From IMG/VR virus record IMGVR_UViG_2913409695_000001, positions 2,181-66,180 of that record: DNA of 64,000 nt; one strand, 5' to 3'. The notes under the pieces are model-generated. The model did not search any database. It was not told the origin of the DNA and was given only the letters and a program-made list of their open reading frames with translations. The stretch comes from a virus (lineage: Duplodnaviria > Caudoviricetes). The stretch's first letter is position 1; each line of letters starts with the position of its first letter. The position numbers were made by a program, and so were the translations under genes. This document shows positions 9,198-18,180 of the stretch, piece by piece.

Positions 9198-9437
9198 ATG
9201 AACGCGAATAACGCGCAAAACTACCGCAGCGACCGGCGGATTTCCGTCGGCATGACGGTAGACAACGTAAGGGAATTGCCGAAAGCAAGCGCGCAACTTA
9301 AACGCTTCTTAACGGAAATTGACGTCGACCACGGACCGTTCGATTTAAACATCGTCGTGTCCGTCGGTGGCTACGATTTCCCAACGATTGAGATCGTGGC
9401 GGCCGATGTTGTCGCTACGGAAGAGGAGGGCGATTGA
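9198..9437 (+). CDS. hypothetical protein
   Basis: AAAGGAGG SD; 79 aa. Confidence 0.65.
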   Translation: MNANNAQNYRSDRRISVGMTVDNVRELPKASAQLKRFLTEIDVDHGPFDLNIVVSVGGYDFPTIEIVAADVVATEEEGD

Positions 9438-9438
9438 T

Positions 9439-9861
9439 ACGGCACACGTCAGCGAAATTACAGGTAAGTATTCGGAGCTAATCGCAAGGGCGGCGCTACT
9501 GGCGAACGGATGGACGGTGCATCGTGCGGAAACGGACGAGTCGTACGATATACTCGCGACTGACCCCGTAAGCGGCGACCACGTTAAGGTTCAGGTGAAA
9601 ACGATTAGGCAGCGCGAAGACCGCGGGGGCGACCTCGTAGTCTACGCGAAAAAAGGTAACGGAACGGCGTACGATCGAGCCGACGCTGACTATATCGTTG
9701 GCGTATGGGCGGCAGATGGCGAAGTACCGCGCGTGTATATGTTCGAGAATCGCCTGTTAACGGAGTATTGGTGCGCAGAAGCACGCGCAGCCGAGCGGTG
9801 GGTCGAGTTACCGATTGCGTTTAACCGCGCGTTGTTTACGGAGTTACCGGAAGTTGCGTAA
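9439..9861 (+). CDS. PD-(D/E)XK endonuclease-like protein (probable ACG start)
   Basis: GKYSELIA...YDILA...VKVQVKT; GGAGG 9 nt before ACG. Confidence 0.65.
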   Translation, partial: TAHVSEITGKYSELIARAALLANGWTVHRAETDESYDILATDPVSGDHVKVQVKTIRQREDRGGDLVVYAKKGNGTAYDRADADYIVGVWAADGEVPRVYMFENRLLTEYWCAEARAAERWVELPIAFNRALFTELPEVA

Positions 9862-9884
9862 TAAACCGAAAAGGAGACGATAGA

Positions 9885-10838
9885 ATGGCGAAATTAAACG
9901 TAATAATACCGTCGGCTGACGTAGAGGTAATTGGCGCGGACGGTGAGCGTACGAAATATCGAAAGGTTGAGCGGAAGGCGAAGGCGGGGGATATCGTTAA
10001 GGCGCTTAAGTCGTCAATCGACATTGACAAGGGCGCGTTTTACGGCCCTCTGTACGTGAAATATGGCCTAGGTTTCGATGATAACGTAGGCGACTCTCGC
10101 GGTGGACAAATCAGTAACTACGCGAGTGATTACGAAGTCTACGAAAAAGTATCGGAAACAACGTCTAAATACCGCGAGGTCAAGCGTCACGCCAAAGTTG
10201 GCGAGCGGATTAAGATTGTGGACGCACGCGGTAACTTCGATTACGAAGACGGTGACGAGTTTACGGTAACTTCCGTAATCGGTACAAACGGGGGCGTTAT
10301 GTTCATTGACCGCGCAGGGGAAGAAAACTGGGCAGCTGCGTCCGAATACGTAGTCCTCGAACCGGTTGAACGTTTGAAAGTCGGGGAGTATGCGAAGAAA
10401 GTATCCGATGCTGGCGCCGAATCAGTAGGAACTATCTTGAAGATCACGAAGAACGATCGAATTTCGGACTTTGGTTTCATTTACGCCACGGAAGATCTAA
10501 ACGGACAGCGCGGTGATATCTACGCATTAGACCAACTTATCCGCGCAACCGACGAGGAAGTCGCGGCGGCCAAAGAGGAAGCGCGTTGGGCGAGCATTGG
10601 TCGGAAGGTGAACGAGTTTAAGCGAGGCGACTTGGTTGGCATTATCGCGAATACGAATAGCAGCGTTAATGGAGTCGGCGATATCGGAGAGGTTACGTAT
10701 ATCGGAAGTAAGAATATACGTGTAGATGCTGGCAAAGGAGACCGCAATAACTGGTCGATCCCTTCGGAAGTGAAACTCATCGTACCGGTCGAACAACGAT
10801 TCGATCTTCCGAAAGGAGGCGCATCCTCATCGAAATAA
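9885..10838 (+). CDS. protein of four tandem SH3/KOW-like modules
   Basis: Repeated YRxVxRKAKxGx(I/V)KIV ... EYVVLEP modules. Confidence 0.7.
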   Translation: MAKLNVIIPSADVEVIGADGERTKYRKVERKAKAGDIVKALKSSIDIDKGAFYGPLYVKYGLGFDDNVGDSRGGQISNYASDYEVYEKVSETTSKYREVKRHAKVGERIKIVDARGNFDYEDGDEFTVTSVIGTNGGVMFIDRAGEENWAAASEYVVLEPVERLKVGEYAKKVSDAGAESVGTILKITKNDRISDFGFIYATEDLNGQRGDIYALDQLIRATDEEVAAAKEEARWASIGRKVNEFKRGDLVGIIANTNSSVNGVGDIGEVTYIGSKNIRVDAGKGDRNNWSIPSEVKLIVPVEQRFDLPKGGASSSK

Positions 10839-12640
10839 ACCTTTCGCTTAATCGTCCGGACGACAACGCAGCAAGAGACGCGGTCAAATCGGCGGCAAAG
10901 CGGAAGAGTGCGGCGGGCAAAGCGGAAACTCCGGAAGAAGCGTTAGCGCGAATAGGCGCGATGAGTCTTACGGATAAGCAGCGCGAACAATTTGCGGCGT
11001 TTAAGCGCGCGTTCATGAGCGGGGAAACAGGCAATCCTCGCTCAGACGGGCGGTCATGGACGAAGGACGACGTACTCACCGCAGGCGCCGCCATTATCCG
11101 CAAGCAAAGCGAAGCGCTCCGGCAAGAGCGTGTCGCGGAAACGCTGCGGACGAAACCGGCGAACTTTCACATCGTGACGGATGACGCGGAGTTGCCGGCA
11201 GTCGTTGAGCGTATTCGCGAAGAGTGCCGGAGTCAGATGCGTGAGTGGCCGGATAAGTGGGCGAAGTTGGGAGTACGCTCCCTTACCGCGAATGACTTCG
11301 AGGGTACTGGTGTCGATACGTATATTGACGTTTCGATCGGATATTCCGTGTGGCTACCGTTACTTAACGAGGGCTATTATCTACCGTACGGTCACGTTGA
11401 TATGCGCGGTGCTGACGGATTCGATTTCCTGGACAATACGTGTGCGTTCAAGGACGGTGATGCGCAGTTAACGCGCTCTAAAGTGCTGGCCGCGATATCT
11501 CCGTACCTTTCGCAACCTGCGCACGGCAAATCGTTCCACATGGGATCGGCGCGCTACGATCTTCACGTTGCGATAAAGGACGGTTACGAAATTCACGGCT
11601 GCGTTTGGGACTCGCTCGACGCAATGAACTTGCTTAACGAACACGAAGAGTCGTTCGGTCTGAAACCGTTAGTCGCGAAATACGGACGTTATTTCGGCAT
11701 CGATGGTCCGGTCTATACGTTCGAGGACATGTTCGGCAACCGTTCGCCGGCTCCGTTCAGCGTTGAACTCGTCGGAATCTACGCGATAAAGGACGTACTT
11801 TACGGTTGGAAACTAACGGAATGGCAATTCGAACAGATGGCGCAGGCGTCTTCGGGAGAATACCGCGGAAAACTTCTCGACTGCTACGCGCAGATTGACT
11901 CAAAGCTACCGGAGACTGACGTGTTTCTGTCGCGTTCCGGATTCTGCGTTGACCTTGACGGATTGGCCGCGCTCGAAGCCGAGTTCGTGCCGCTATTGGA
12001 GCAGGCGCAGGCCGACGTATTCACCGCATATGATATCGACGCTGAGTTTGTGCGGAAGATGGACCGGACACTCAACGCTAAGAAGATCGCGGAATGGATT
12101 ACGAAGCAGAAGGCGCGATTAGCCCGGAATGTGGAAGCGCAAGAGAAACAACGCGCAGTTATCACGGAGTGCGAAGCGGCCGGCAAGACTGCGCTCAAAA
12201 AGTATACGAACGCAATCGATAGACTACGCGAGTTGGAAGCGGAGGCTGCGGAATTGGCCCCAGCGGACGAGGAACACGCGCCACTTTTCGTAGAGGAATT
12301 TTCGATAACGAACGGAAATCACCTGGCGTACTTGATTTACGATCACCTCGGAATCCGCGACCGAACCGGTCAATTTAAGCGCGGCAAAACGCGGAGCACT
12401 GCGGCCGATGTTCTCGCAGCTTATTACGAAGAAGAGGAAGCGCTCAAGCCGCTCGCGACCGTTGCGGCGTACGAGAAGTTACTTAACACGTATGTAACGA
12501 AGATACCGCACGCGCTCGAAATAGACGGGCGGATTCATTCGGAGTTTAAATCGGGAGGCACCGCGACCGGGCGTTATAGTTCGTCGGGGTATGGCGGACG
12601 GCCGATCGATATATTACGCGAATTTGAAACGGAGGGGTAA
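10829..12640 (+). CDS. polA: family A DNA polymerase, N-terminal part with 3'-5' exonuclease (probable ATC start)
   Basis: Exo I DFEGTG, Exo II ARYDLH, Exo III YAIKD; ends after GTATGRYSSSG; frame open to ATC 9 nt after GGAGG. Confidence 0.85.
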   Translation: MEINLSLNRPDDNAARDAVKSAAKRKSAAGKAETPEEALARIGAMSLTDKQREQFAAFKRAFMSGETGNPRSDGRSWTKDDVLTAGAAIIRKQSEALRQERVAETLRTKPANFHIVTDDAELPAVVERIREECRSQMREWPDKWAKLGVRSLTANDFEGTGVDTYIDVSIGYSVWLPLLNEGYYLPYGHVDMRGADGFDFLDNTCAFKDGDAQLTRSKVLAAISPYLSQPAHGKSFHMGSARYDLHVAIKDGYEIHGCVWDSLDAMNLLNEHEESFGLKPLVAKYGRYFGIDGPVYTFEDMFGNRSPAPFSVELVGIYAIKDVLYGWKLTEWQFEQMAQASSGEYRGKLLDCYAQIDSKLPETDVFLSRSGFCVDLDGLAALEAEFVPLLEQAQADVFTAYDIDAEFVRKMDRTLNAKKIAEWITKQKARLARNVEAQEKQRAVITECEAAGKTALKKYTNAIDRLRELEAEAAELAPADEEHAPLFVEEFSITNGNHLAYLIYDHLGIRDRTGQFKRGKTRSTAADVLAAYYEEEEALKPLATVAAYEKLLNTYVTKIPHALEIDGRIHSEFKSGGTATGRYSSSGYGGRPIDILREFETEG

Positions 12641-12643
12641 TAA

Positions 12644-12853
12644 ATGGAGTTCGAAGTAGGAAAGTATTACGAGCATACCACGGGCGAGCAGATATCAATC
12701 GTCGGGGAGATAGTAACAACGCTATACGGTAAGTGTCTAGTTGCAGAGTCTAGTGAAAGTCCCGATCTCAAACCAGTTGGAAAGGGAGACTATTACGCCG
12801 AAAATTGGCACGAGATTAGCCATGTTGAGTGGATGAGCAACTTCGGTGAATGA
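12644..12853 (+). CDS. hypothetical protein between the two polA halves
   Basis: GGAGG SD; MEFEVGKYYEHTTG... Confidence 0.7.
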   Translation: MEFEVGKYYEHTTGEQISIVGEIVTTLYGKCLVAESSESPDLKPVGKGDYYAENWHEISHVEWMSNFGE

Positions 12854-12867
12854 GGAGTTGATAACCA

Positions 12868-13959
12868 TTGTTAACAGTAACGGACGCTAACTATCACGCG
12901 ATCGTCCGCAAGCTCATCGCCGACGAACGAAAGGTACAACGTGGATTAAACGCTCAAAACCTCCCGTCAAAAGGCGCAGGCAATCGCGTCCGCAATCAGA
13001 TTATACCGCGTCCGGGCTATACGTTTGTCGGCGCCGACCTTGGTCAAATTGAGCCGCGTATTATGGCGCACATCATGTACTCACGGTATGGCGATAACTC
13101 CATGCGGCAAATCTTCGTTGATGGCGTCGACCTTTATACGACGATGGCGATGATGACGTTTAATCTACCGCAAGAGTATTGCGTCGACAAAGCGTACGAT
13201 CCAACTCACACGTTTCAGCCGCGTAAGATGATGAAGACCGGCCAGCTAGCGGTCTCATACGATCAGTCACCGAAATCGTTCGCGAAGAAAATGAACGTTA
13301 CGGAGGATGTTGCGCACATGTTCTTCGAGAACTTTGACCGCACGTTCCCGTCGTTTAAAACGATGGTTGCCGATATCCGTGACGGGATGCGAGCGAATGG
13401 TTACGTGGAAACACTCTTCGGACGTAAGCGCCGGTTTCCGGACTATAAGGCGACGGCCGCCGAGCAAGCGCGGAACGAGCAGCGGTTGATTCGCCTGTTC
13501 ACCGAGCGGAAGCAGTTACGAGGCAAGCCACGCCTATCTGCGGCCGAAGAACGGAAGCTTACCGTTATCCAAGACGAAATCGACACGCTGCAAGAAAAAC
13601 GCGGACTCGTCGGCTATTGGGAGCGCGCGGCATTTAACGCAGTCATTCAAGGTACGGGCGCCGACGTTCTCAAGCGTATTGGTATACGTATCGCGCAAAT
13701 CTGCCGAGAGCGCGGATGGGAGTTTAACGCATCCATCCACGACGAGATTATCGTCAGCATTCCGGATGAGCAGGTAACGCCGGAGACGATCGCGTTGATT
13801 AACGACGTGATGACGAAGACGTCCGAATTTAGCGTGCCGCTGACGACTGATATCGTAATCCAAAAACGCTGGATGATGGAGTACGTGCCTGGCGAGTGGG
13901 ACTTCGATAATAACCGGCCACTGCCGGAGTTCATCGGAAAGTACGGAGAAACCTATTAA
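12868..13959 (+). CDS. polA: family A DNA polymerase, C-terminal catalytic part
   Basis: NAQNLP; motif A ADLGQIEPR; motif B KMMKTGQLAVSY; motif C IHDEI; own SD GAGGAG and TTG. Confidence 0.85.
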   Translation: MLTVTDANYHAIVRKLIADERKVQRGLNAQNLPSKGAGNRVRNQIIPRPGYTFVGADLGQIEPRIMAHIMYSRYGDNSMRQIFVDGVDLYTTMAMMTFNLPQEYCVDKAYDPTHTFQPRKMMKTGQLAVSYDQSPKSFAKKMNVTEDVAHMFFENFDRTFPSFKTMVADIRDGMRANGYVETLFGRKRRFPDYKATAAEQARNEQRLIRLFTERKQLRGKPRLSAAEERKLTVIQDEIDTLQEKRGLVGYWERAAFNAVIQGTGADVLKRIGIRIAQICRERGWEFNASIHDEIIVSIPDEQVTPETIALINDVMTKTSEFSVPLTTDIVIQKRWMMEYVPGEWDFDNNRPLPEFIGKYGETY

Positions 13960-13977
13960 CGAAGGAGACGGTGCTTA

Positions 13978-14232
13978 ATGCTGAACAAAGAACAACAATT
14001 TGCCAGTGACATTTCGGAATTAATCTGGTCCTTGTTTGACGAGGAAAGCGAAAACTATAGATACAATCTCGAAAACATAGATGCGACTGCCTTTTTCACG
14101 GGACTCGCGATGACATTCGGGATTATTTACAACAACTCGGCAGACGCTGACGAAGACTTTATCGGAGGCACACATCTCGCCAACCGTCTCGCGTTTCAAT
14201 ACTTGATGAATAACGGCAAGGAGGCCGCATAA
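13978..14232 (+). CDS. hypothetical protein
   Basis: AAGGAG SD; 84 aa. Confidence 0.6.
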   Translation: MLNKEQQFASDISELIWSLFDEESENYRYNLENIDATAFFTGLAMTFGIIYNNSADADEDFIGGTHLANRLAFQYLMNNGKEAA

Positions 14233-14892
14233 ATGGCGATATCGCAAGCGAAGAAACTCGAACTCATTACGAAGCACGCGAAAAAGTTTACTGCAACTAG
14301 CGAAGCGACACCGGTATTACAAGGCGTTCACTACAGCGCAGATGGCTCCGTAATTGCTACCGACCGTCACACGTTAATCCGCATCGGTGGCGCGCATAAC
14401 TTTACGGAGGCGTTTACGTCACACGCCAAAACAGGCGCAACGATTGACGGAACTTTTCCGGACACTTCGCGCATTATTCCGATGGAGTTACCGACACAGA
14501 TCACGCTTATCCGCGTCGGAGCTAACCGCGATGATATTAACGGAGCTATTGCGCGCACAAAAGTAGCGCTCGAAGCCACGAAACTGTCCGGAAACAAGAC
14601 GTACACTGCGCGCTTAACACTCGTCGGCGCTGACGTCAGGCTGTCCGCGAATAACGACGACACACCGTTTAGGTTCTCGGCCGGAATTAACGCGGACATT
14701 TACGGACCTGACGCCGAGGTATCGTTTAACGCGGAGTATCTTCTTAACGCACTCAACGTATTCAAGGACGCCGGTAGCACGCGAGTAATCATCGGTATTA
14801 TTAGCGCGTCGTCACCGATCGTCCTGCGCGACGAAGAGAACGAGATTGACGTTGTTGTATTGCCGTACCGAGTACCGAAGGAGGCCGCATAA
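14233..14892 (+). CDS. DnaN/beta-clamp-like protein with two domains
   Basis: PVLQGVHY...ATDRHTL...GTFPDTSRIIP (domain II) and FNAEYLLNAL...SPIVL...VVLPYR (domain III). Confidence 0.7.
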   Translation: MAISQAKKLELITKHAKKFTATSEATPVLQGVHYSADGSVIATDRHTLIRIGGAHNFTEAFTSHAKTGATIDGTFPDTSRIIPMELPTQITLIRVGANRDDINGAIARTKVALEATKLSGNKTYTARLTLVGADVRLSANNDDTPFRFSAGINADIYGPDAEVSFNAEYLLNALNVFKDAGSTRVIIGIISASSPIVLRDEENEIDVVVLPYRVPKEAA

Positions 14893-15384
14893 ATGGAACG
14901 CGAAACAACAACGTACACATGTCCGCAATGCCGGCGACAAAGCCGCGTACTCGCGGACGAATACGGCGACCACGGCTGCCCATGCGGGTGGGAACCGGAC
15001 TATGACGAAGGGGGGGATGACGGGCGAGTGGAAAACGTTATTGAGAAACTGCGCGAATTGGAAGCGAAGGTGGACGCAGAGCGCTGGCCGATAGTTGGTG
15101 ACGGTAACTGGCGCGAGATTGCCGATATTCTTGACGCATACGAGCCGGAAGGCTATGAAATAGACGTAGTTGCCGAGAAGTTTGGCGGAGGTGGACGCTG
15201 GTTCACAACGGAGGACATCACGTATAAGGTGACGCAGTCTGACGGGAAGGTCGCGTATTTCTCCGTTAATAGAGAGCGTCCGGCCACGGAAATGCAGGAA
15301 GGCGGAGACTTTTCGTATGGAATCCGCGAAGTCGTACCGAAAGAAGTCACAGTCATCAAATACGTTGCCGGGAGGTCCGCGTAA
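14893..15384 (+). CDS. hypothetical protein with N-terminal zinc ribbon
   Basis: CPQC...CPC then acidic domain; possible internal GTG start at 15028. Confidence 0.6.
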   Translation: MERETTTYTCPQCRRQSRVLADEYGDHGCPCGWEPDYDEGGDDGRVENVIEKLRELEAKVDAERWPIVGDGNWREIADILDAYEPEGYEIDVVAEKFGGGGRWFTTEDITYKVTQSDGKVAYFSVNRERPATEMQEGGDFSYGIREVVPKEVTVIKYVAGRSA

Positions 15385-16020
15385 TGCTCGCACCCGAAAT
15401 CATAACCGTTATCGATATTGAAACGACCGGACTTGACCCGCATCTCGATCACATTACGGAAATCGCCGCTATACGTGCGGAAGTTGGCGCTGATGGCTCG
15501 GTACGCGAAATTGGCCGATTCCAAACGTTTGTTGCGTTGCCGGATGGCGTGAATATTCCGCCAGAGATTACGGAGTTAACGCGCATTAGTGACGATGACT
15601 TGCGCGGGGCTCCGGATATTACAGCGGCCTCGTTAGCTCTAGAATTTTGGCTAGAGGGGTCATTGGTAATTTCGCATAACGCCCCGTTCGATTTGGCGTT
15701 TTTGGGAACGATACATCCGGATTCATTCGCCTGCACTCGTGCCATGTCGCGCCTGGTCGATCCGGACGAAAGCGCACGCCTTGGCGGACTGCTGCACGCG
15801 CTATGGCATCGAATTGAACGGACACCATCGCGCGATGAATGACGTAGAGGCAACATTGCAGCTTTACGTTAATTTGCGGAAGAAGGCGCTAGAGTCCGGT
15901 ATCGACTACCGAAACGTTGTCGTAGACAGTCCGGAGCGCCCACTGACGTATACACCGCTTGGTGCGCGAGTGATTACGATAAATAAAACGAAGGAGATGG
16001 CGAAGAATGAAGATCGTTGA
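15384..16020 (+). pseudogene. DnaQ-like DEDDh 3'-5' exonuclease interrupted by a +1 frameshift
   Basis: DIETTG and HNAPFD in one frame; HHRAMND in the +1 frame from about 15780. Confidence 0.75.
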
Positions 16021-16261
16021 GACGCATAGTATCGACAATAGCGGTTATGAGTATGACGGAAAGGGTTCGCTGACGGTTGACGTAGAGGACGATGCAGGAA
16101 ACAGCGTTAGCGTCGACATTAGCGCGGGCGAGCCGGAAGATGCTGTATTCTTCCGCGATCTTAACGGTGCGTATAAAATATCTCGCGCAATTAAACTTGC
16201 GTATGAGGCCGGCAAGCGTGGCGAGGCGTTTGAATACGAACTTATTAAGGAGGCGGTTTAA
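16007..16261 (+). CDS. hypothetical protein
   Basis: AAGGAG SD; 84 aa. Confidence 0.65.
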   Translation: MKIVETHSIDNSGYEYDGKGSLTVDVEDDAGNSVSVDISAGEPEDAVFFRDLNGAYKISRAIKLAYEAGKRGEAFEYELIKEAV

Positions 16262-17278
16262 ATTACGCAACAAATCGCAGACAAAATCGCGCAAGACTTT
16301 ACGCAGTTTCTTAACGAATGGCATTCCGCGCCCGAAGTGTACGACGACGCACTCGACGCGCAGATACATCGTTGGTACTTCGATTACCTAACGGATAATA
16401 CACGCAAGGTATGGCCTGCGCGGGGTATTCCGTATTTCTCACCGTCGGCCGCCAACGCAGACGCACGCGGACTCTACGAAAAGATGCGCGGCGCGAAGAA
16501 AGAGCAAACGGAGCGACCGGCGCATCAAGGACGTTGGACGCGAATAGGTACGGCTATCGGCGATACGATTCAGCGCGATATTCTATTCGCGGAGGCACAC
16601 GCCAAGAGTCCGAATTTCAGATTCGAGCGAAACGACCGCGGCGAGCCGATGTTCGAGGACTTCGCGAAGATTAACACGGTTATCGAGCATAACGGAAAAG
16701 TGTTCTCGCTATTCGGAACCTGCGACGGAATTATGCGGTACGTGTCGGAGGATGGCGAGGTACTACGTGTCGGACTCGAAGTCAAAAGTAAGCAGACTAC
16801 GTTCTCGATGACGTCGGCGTATTCAACGCGCAATGGTCCGAAAGAGGATCACGTTAAGCAGTGCGTGTGCTATTCGAAAATGTATTGTGTGGACTATTAC
16901 GTAATCCTCTACGTGAACGCGTCGAAAAAGTCGTGGAATATGACCGCGGATGAATTCGAAAAGAGTCCGGATATCGCGGCGTTTGGCGTGTATATTACGG
17001 ACGAGATGCGCGACGAGGTGCTCGATCACTTCGCGGGGATTGTAGACGCGGCGGAAACAGGCAATCCGCCGAAACTCGATCTCGACAAATGGTTATTCAA
17101 CGACTTCAAGCGGGCGATTGCGTTATCCCTTTCGGACGACGAGCTCGTGGCAATCCAACGGGAAGTGACCGCGCTACAACGGTCGGGATTGCCGGATTGG
17201 AAGAAGCGCGGACCAGCGGAAGCGCTCGAATTTATCCTCGCGGTAAGAAGCGAAGACCAAGCGAAGGAGGCGGCGTAA
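16262..17278 (+). CDS. PD-(D/E)XK (RecB/Cas4-like) exonuclease (probable ATT start)
   Basis: GTCDGI...LEVKSK...HVKQCVCY; frame open to ATT 8 nt after GGAGG. Confidence 0.7.
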   Translation: MTQQIADKIAQDFTQFLNEWHSAPEVYDDALDAQIHRWYFDYLTDNTRKVWPARGIPYFSPSAANADARGLYEKMRGAKKEQTERPAHQGRWTRIGTAIGDTIQRDILFAEAHAKSPNFRFERNDRGEPMFEDFAKINTVIEHNGKVFSLFGTCDGIMRYVSEDGEVLRVGLEVKSKQTTFSMTSAYSTRNGPKEDHVKQCVCYSKMYCVDYYVILYVNASKKSWNMTADEFEKSPDIAAFGVYITDEMRDEVLDHFAGIVDAAETGNPPKLDLDKWLFNDFKRAIALSLSDDELVAIQREVTALQRSGLPDWKKRGPAEALEFILAVRSEDQAKEAA

Positions 17279-17491
17279 ATGAAATACGTAAATCGAATCG
17301 TATCATCGTTAGTTTTAACGGGAGTATACGGGGCGGCGGTCGCGTTTTGGTACTTCGTAATCATCGCGATTAAGGAGTCGTCGACGGGAGTAGCGGTTTT
17401 ATTAATCGCAATATTGGCATTATCGACCGGAGTTGTATTCGCATCGCTAAGGGGAGGCGCGGACACTGACGAAGCCAAAACAGGGCGTTAA
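17279..17491 (+). CDS. small membrane protein
   Basis: Two hydrophobic segments. Confidence 0.6.
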   Translation: MKYVNRIVSSLVLTGVYGAAVAFWYFVIIAIKESSTGVAVLLIAILALSTGVVFASLRGGADTDEAKTGR

Positions 17492-18017
17492 AACGCGTCA
17501 CGCCGGACTCGACTTATCGTTAACATCGCCTGGATTCGCGGTAATCGACGTAATCGACCGCGTTCCCTATCTCGTAGCGACTTCGCATGTCAAGACGGAG
17601 CCATCCGATAACGCCGCGTTGCGCTATCGCCTTATCGAGGCGCACGCGCTCCTCTTTTTCCGCGAGCACCGCCCGTTTACTGGCGCTATCGCACGCGAGA
17701 TATGGCCGCCGAGCCGTAACTACGCGCAGAACGATAAGGTGCACGGAGCGTGGTCGGCGGTTGACCGCGCGCTGGCTTCGCTCGGCCTTGCGGTTGCTGC
17801 GAATATTACGCCGACGAGCGTTAAGAAGATCGTAACGGGCAGCGGAAAAGCGGAGAAGGCGGATGTCGCGCAAGCGGTGCGAAAGTGGCTGCGATTACCG
17901 GATGATTACCGATTCGCGACCGATGATGAAAGCGATGCGGCTGCGGTTATTCTAGCGCACTTGATAAGCGAAAATTTAATCGGAGGGATTGCCCCGCGTG
18001 AGCGAACTCGCCCGTAA
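17466..18017 (+). CDS. RuvC-like Holliday junction resolvase (probable CTG start)
   Basis: AGLDLSLTSPGFAV upstream of the tracked ATG; SVKKIVTGSGKAEKADV; DDESDAAAV. Confidence 0.8.
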   Translation: MTKPKQGVKTRHAGLDLSLTSPGFAVIDVIDRVPYLVATSHVKTEPSDNAALRYRLIEAHALLFFREHRPFTGAIAREIWPPSRNYAQNDKVHGAWSAVDRALASLGLAVAANITPTSVKKIVTGSGKAEKADVAQAVRKWLRLPDDYRFATDDESDAAAVILAHLISENLIGGIAPRERTRP

Positions 18018-18168
18018 ACTTCTCGAATTTCAACGTTATGATGTCGTCATGCTCGAACGATCTGTCCGCATACAGCGCGAAATTCTCGCGGACTATGAAG
18101 CGCGGTTAGCACAAGCGCGTAAACGTCTCGCGGAAGCGGAAGATCATCTGATACAGAAAATAGAATAG
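17998..18168 (+). CDS. small coiled-coil hypothetical protein
   Basis: GGAGG SD, GTG start; 56 aa. Confidence 0.5.
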   Translation: MSELARKLLEFQRYDVVMLERSVRIQREILADYEARLAQARKRLAEAEDHLIQKIE

Positions 18169-18180
18169 GAGAGATGTCAT

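Noticed and set aside
12640-12868. Intein, group I intron or ribosomal bypass explaining the polA split
   Set aside because: No intein terminal residues, no intron core seen in 227 nt, and both downstream ORFs have their own SD; not excluded without RT-PCR
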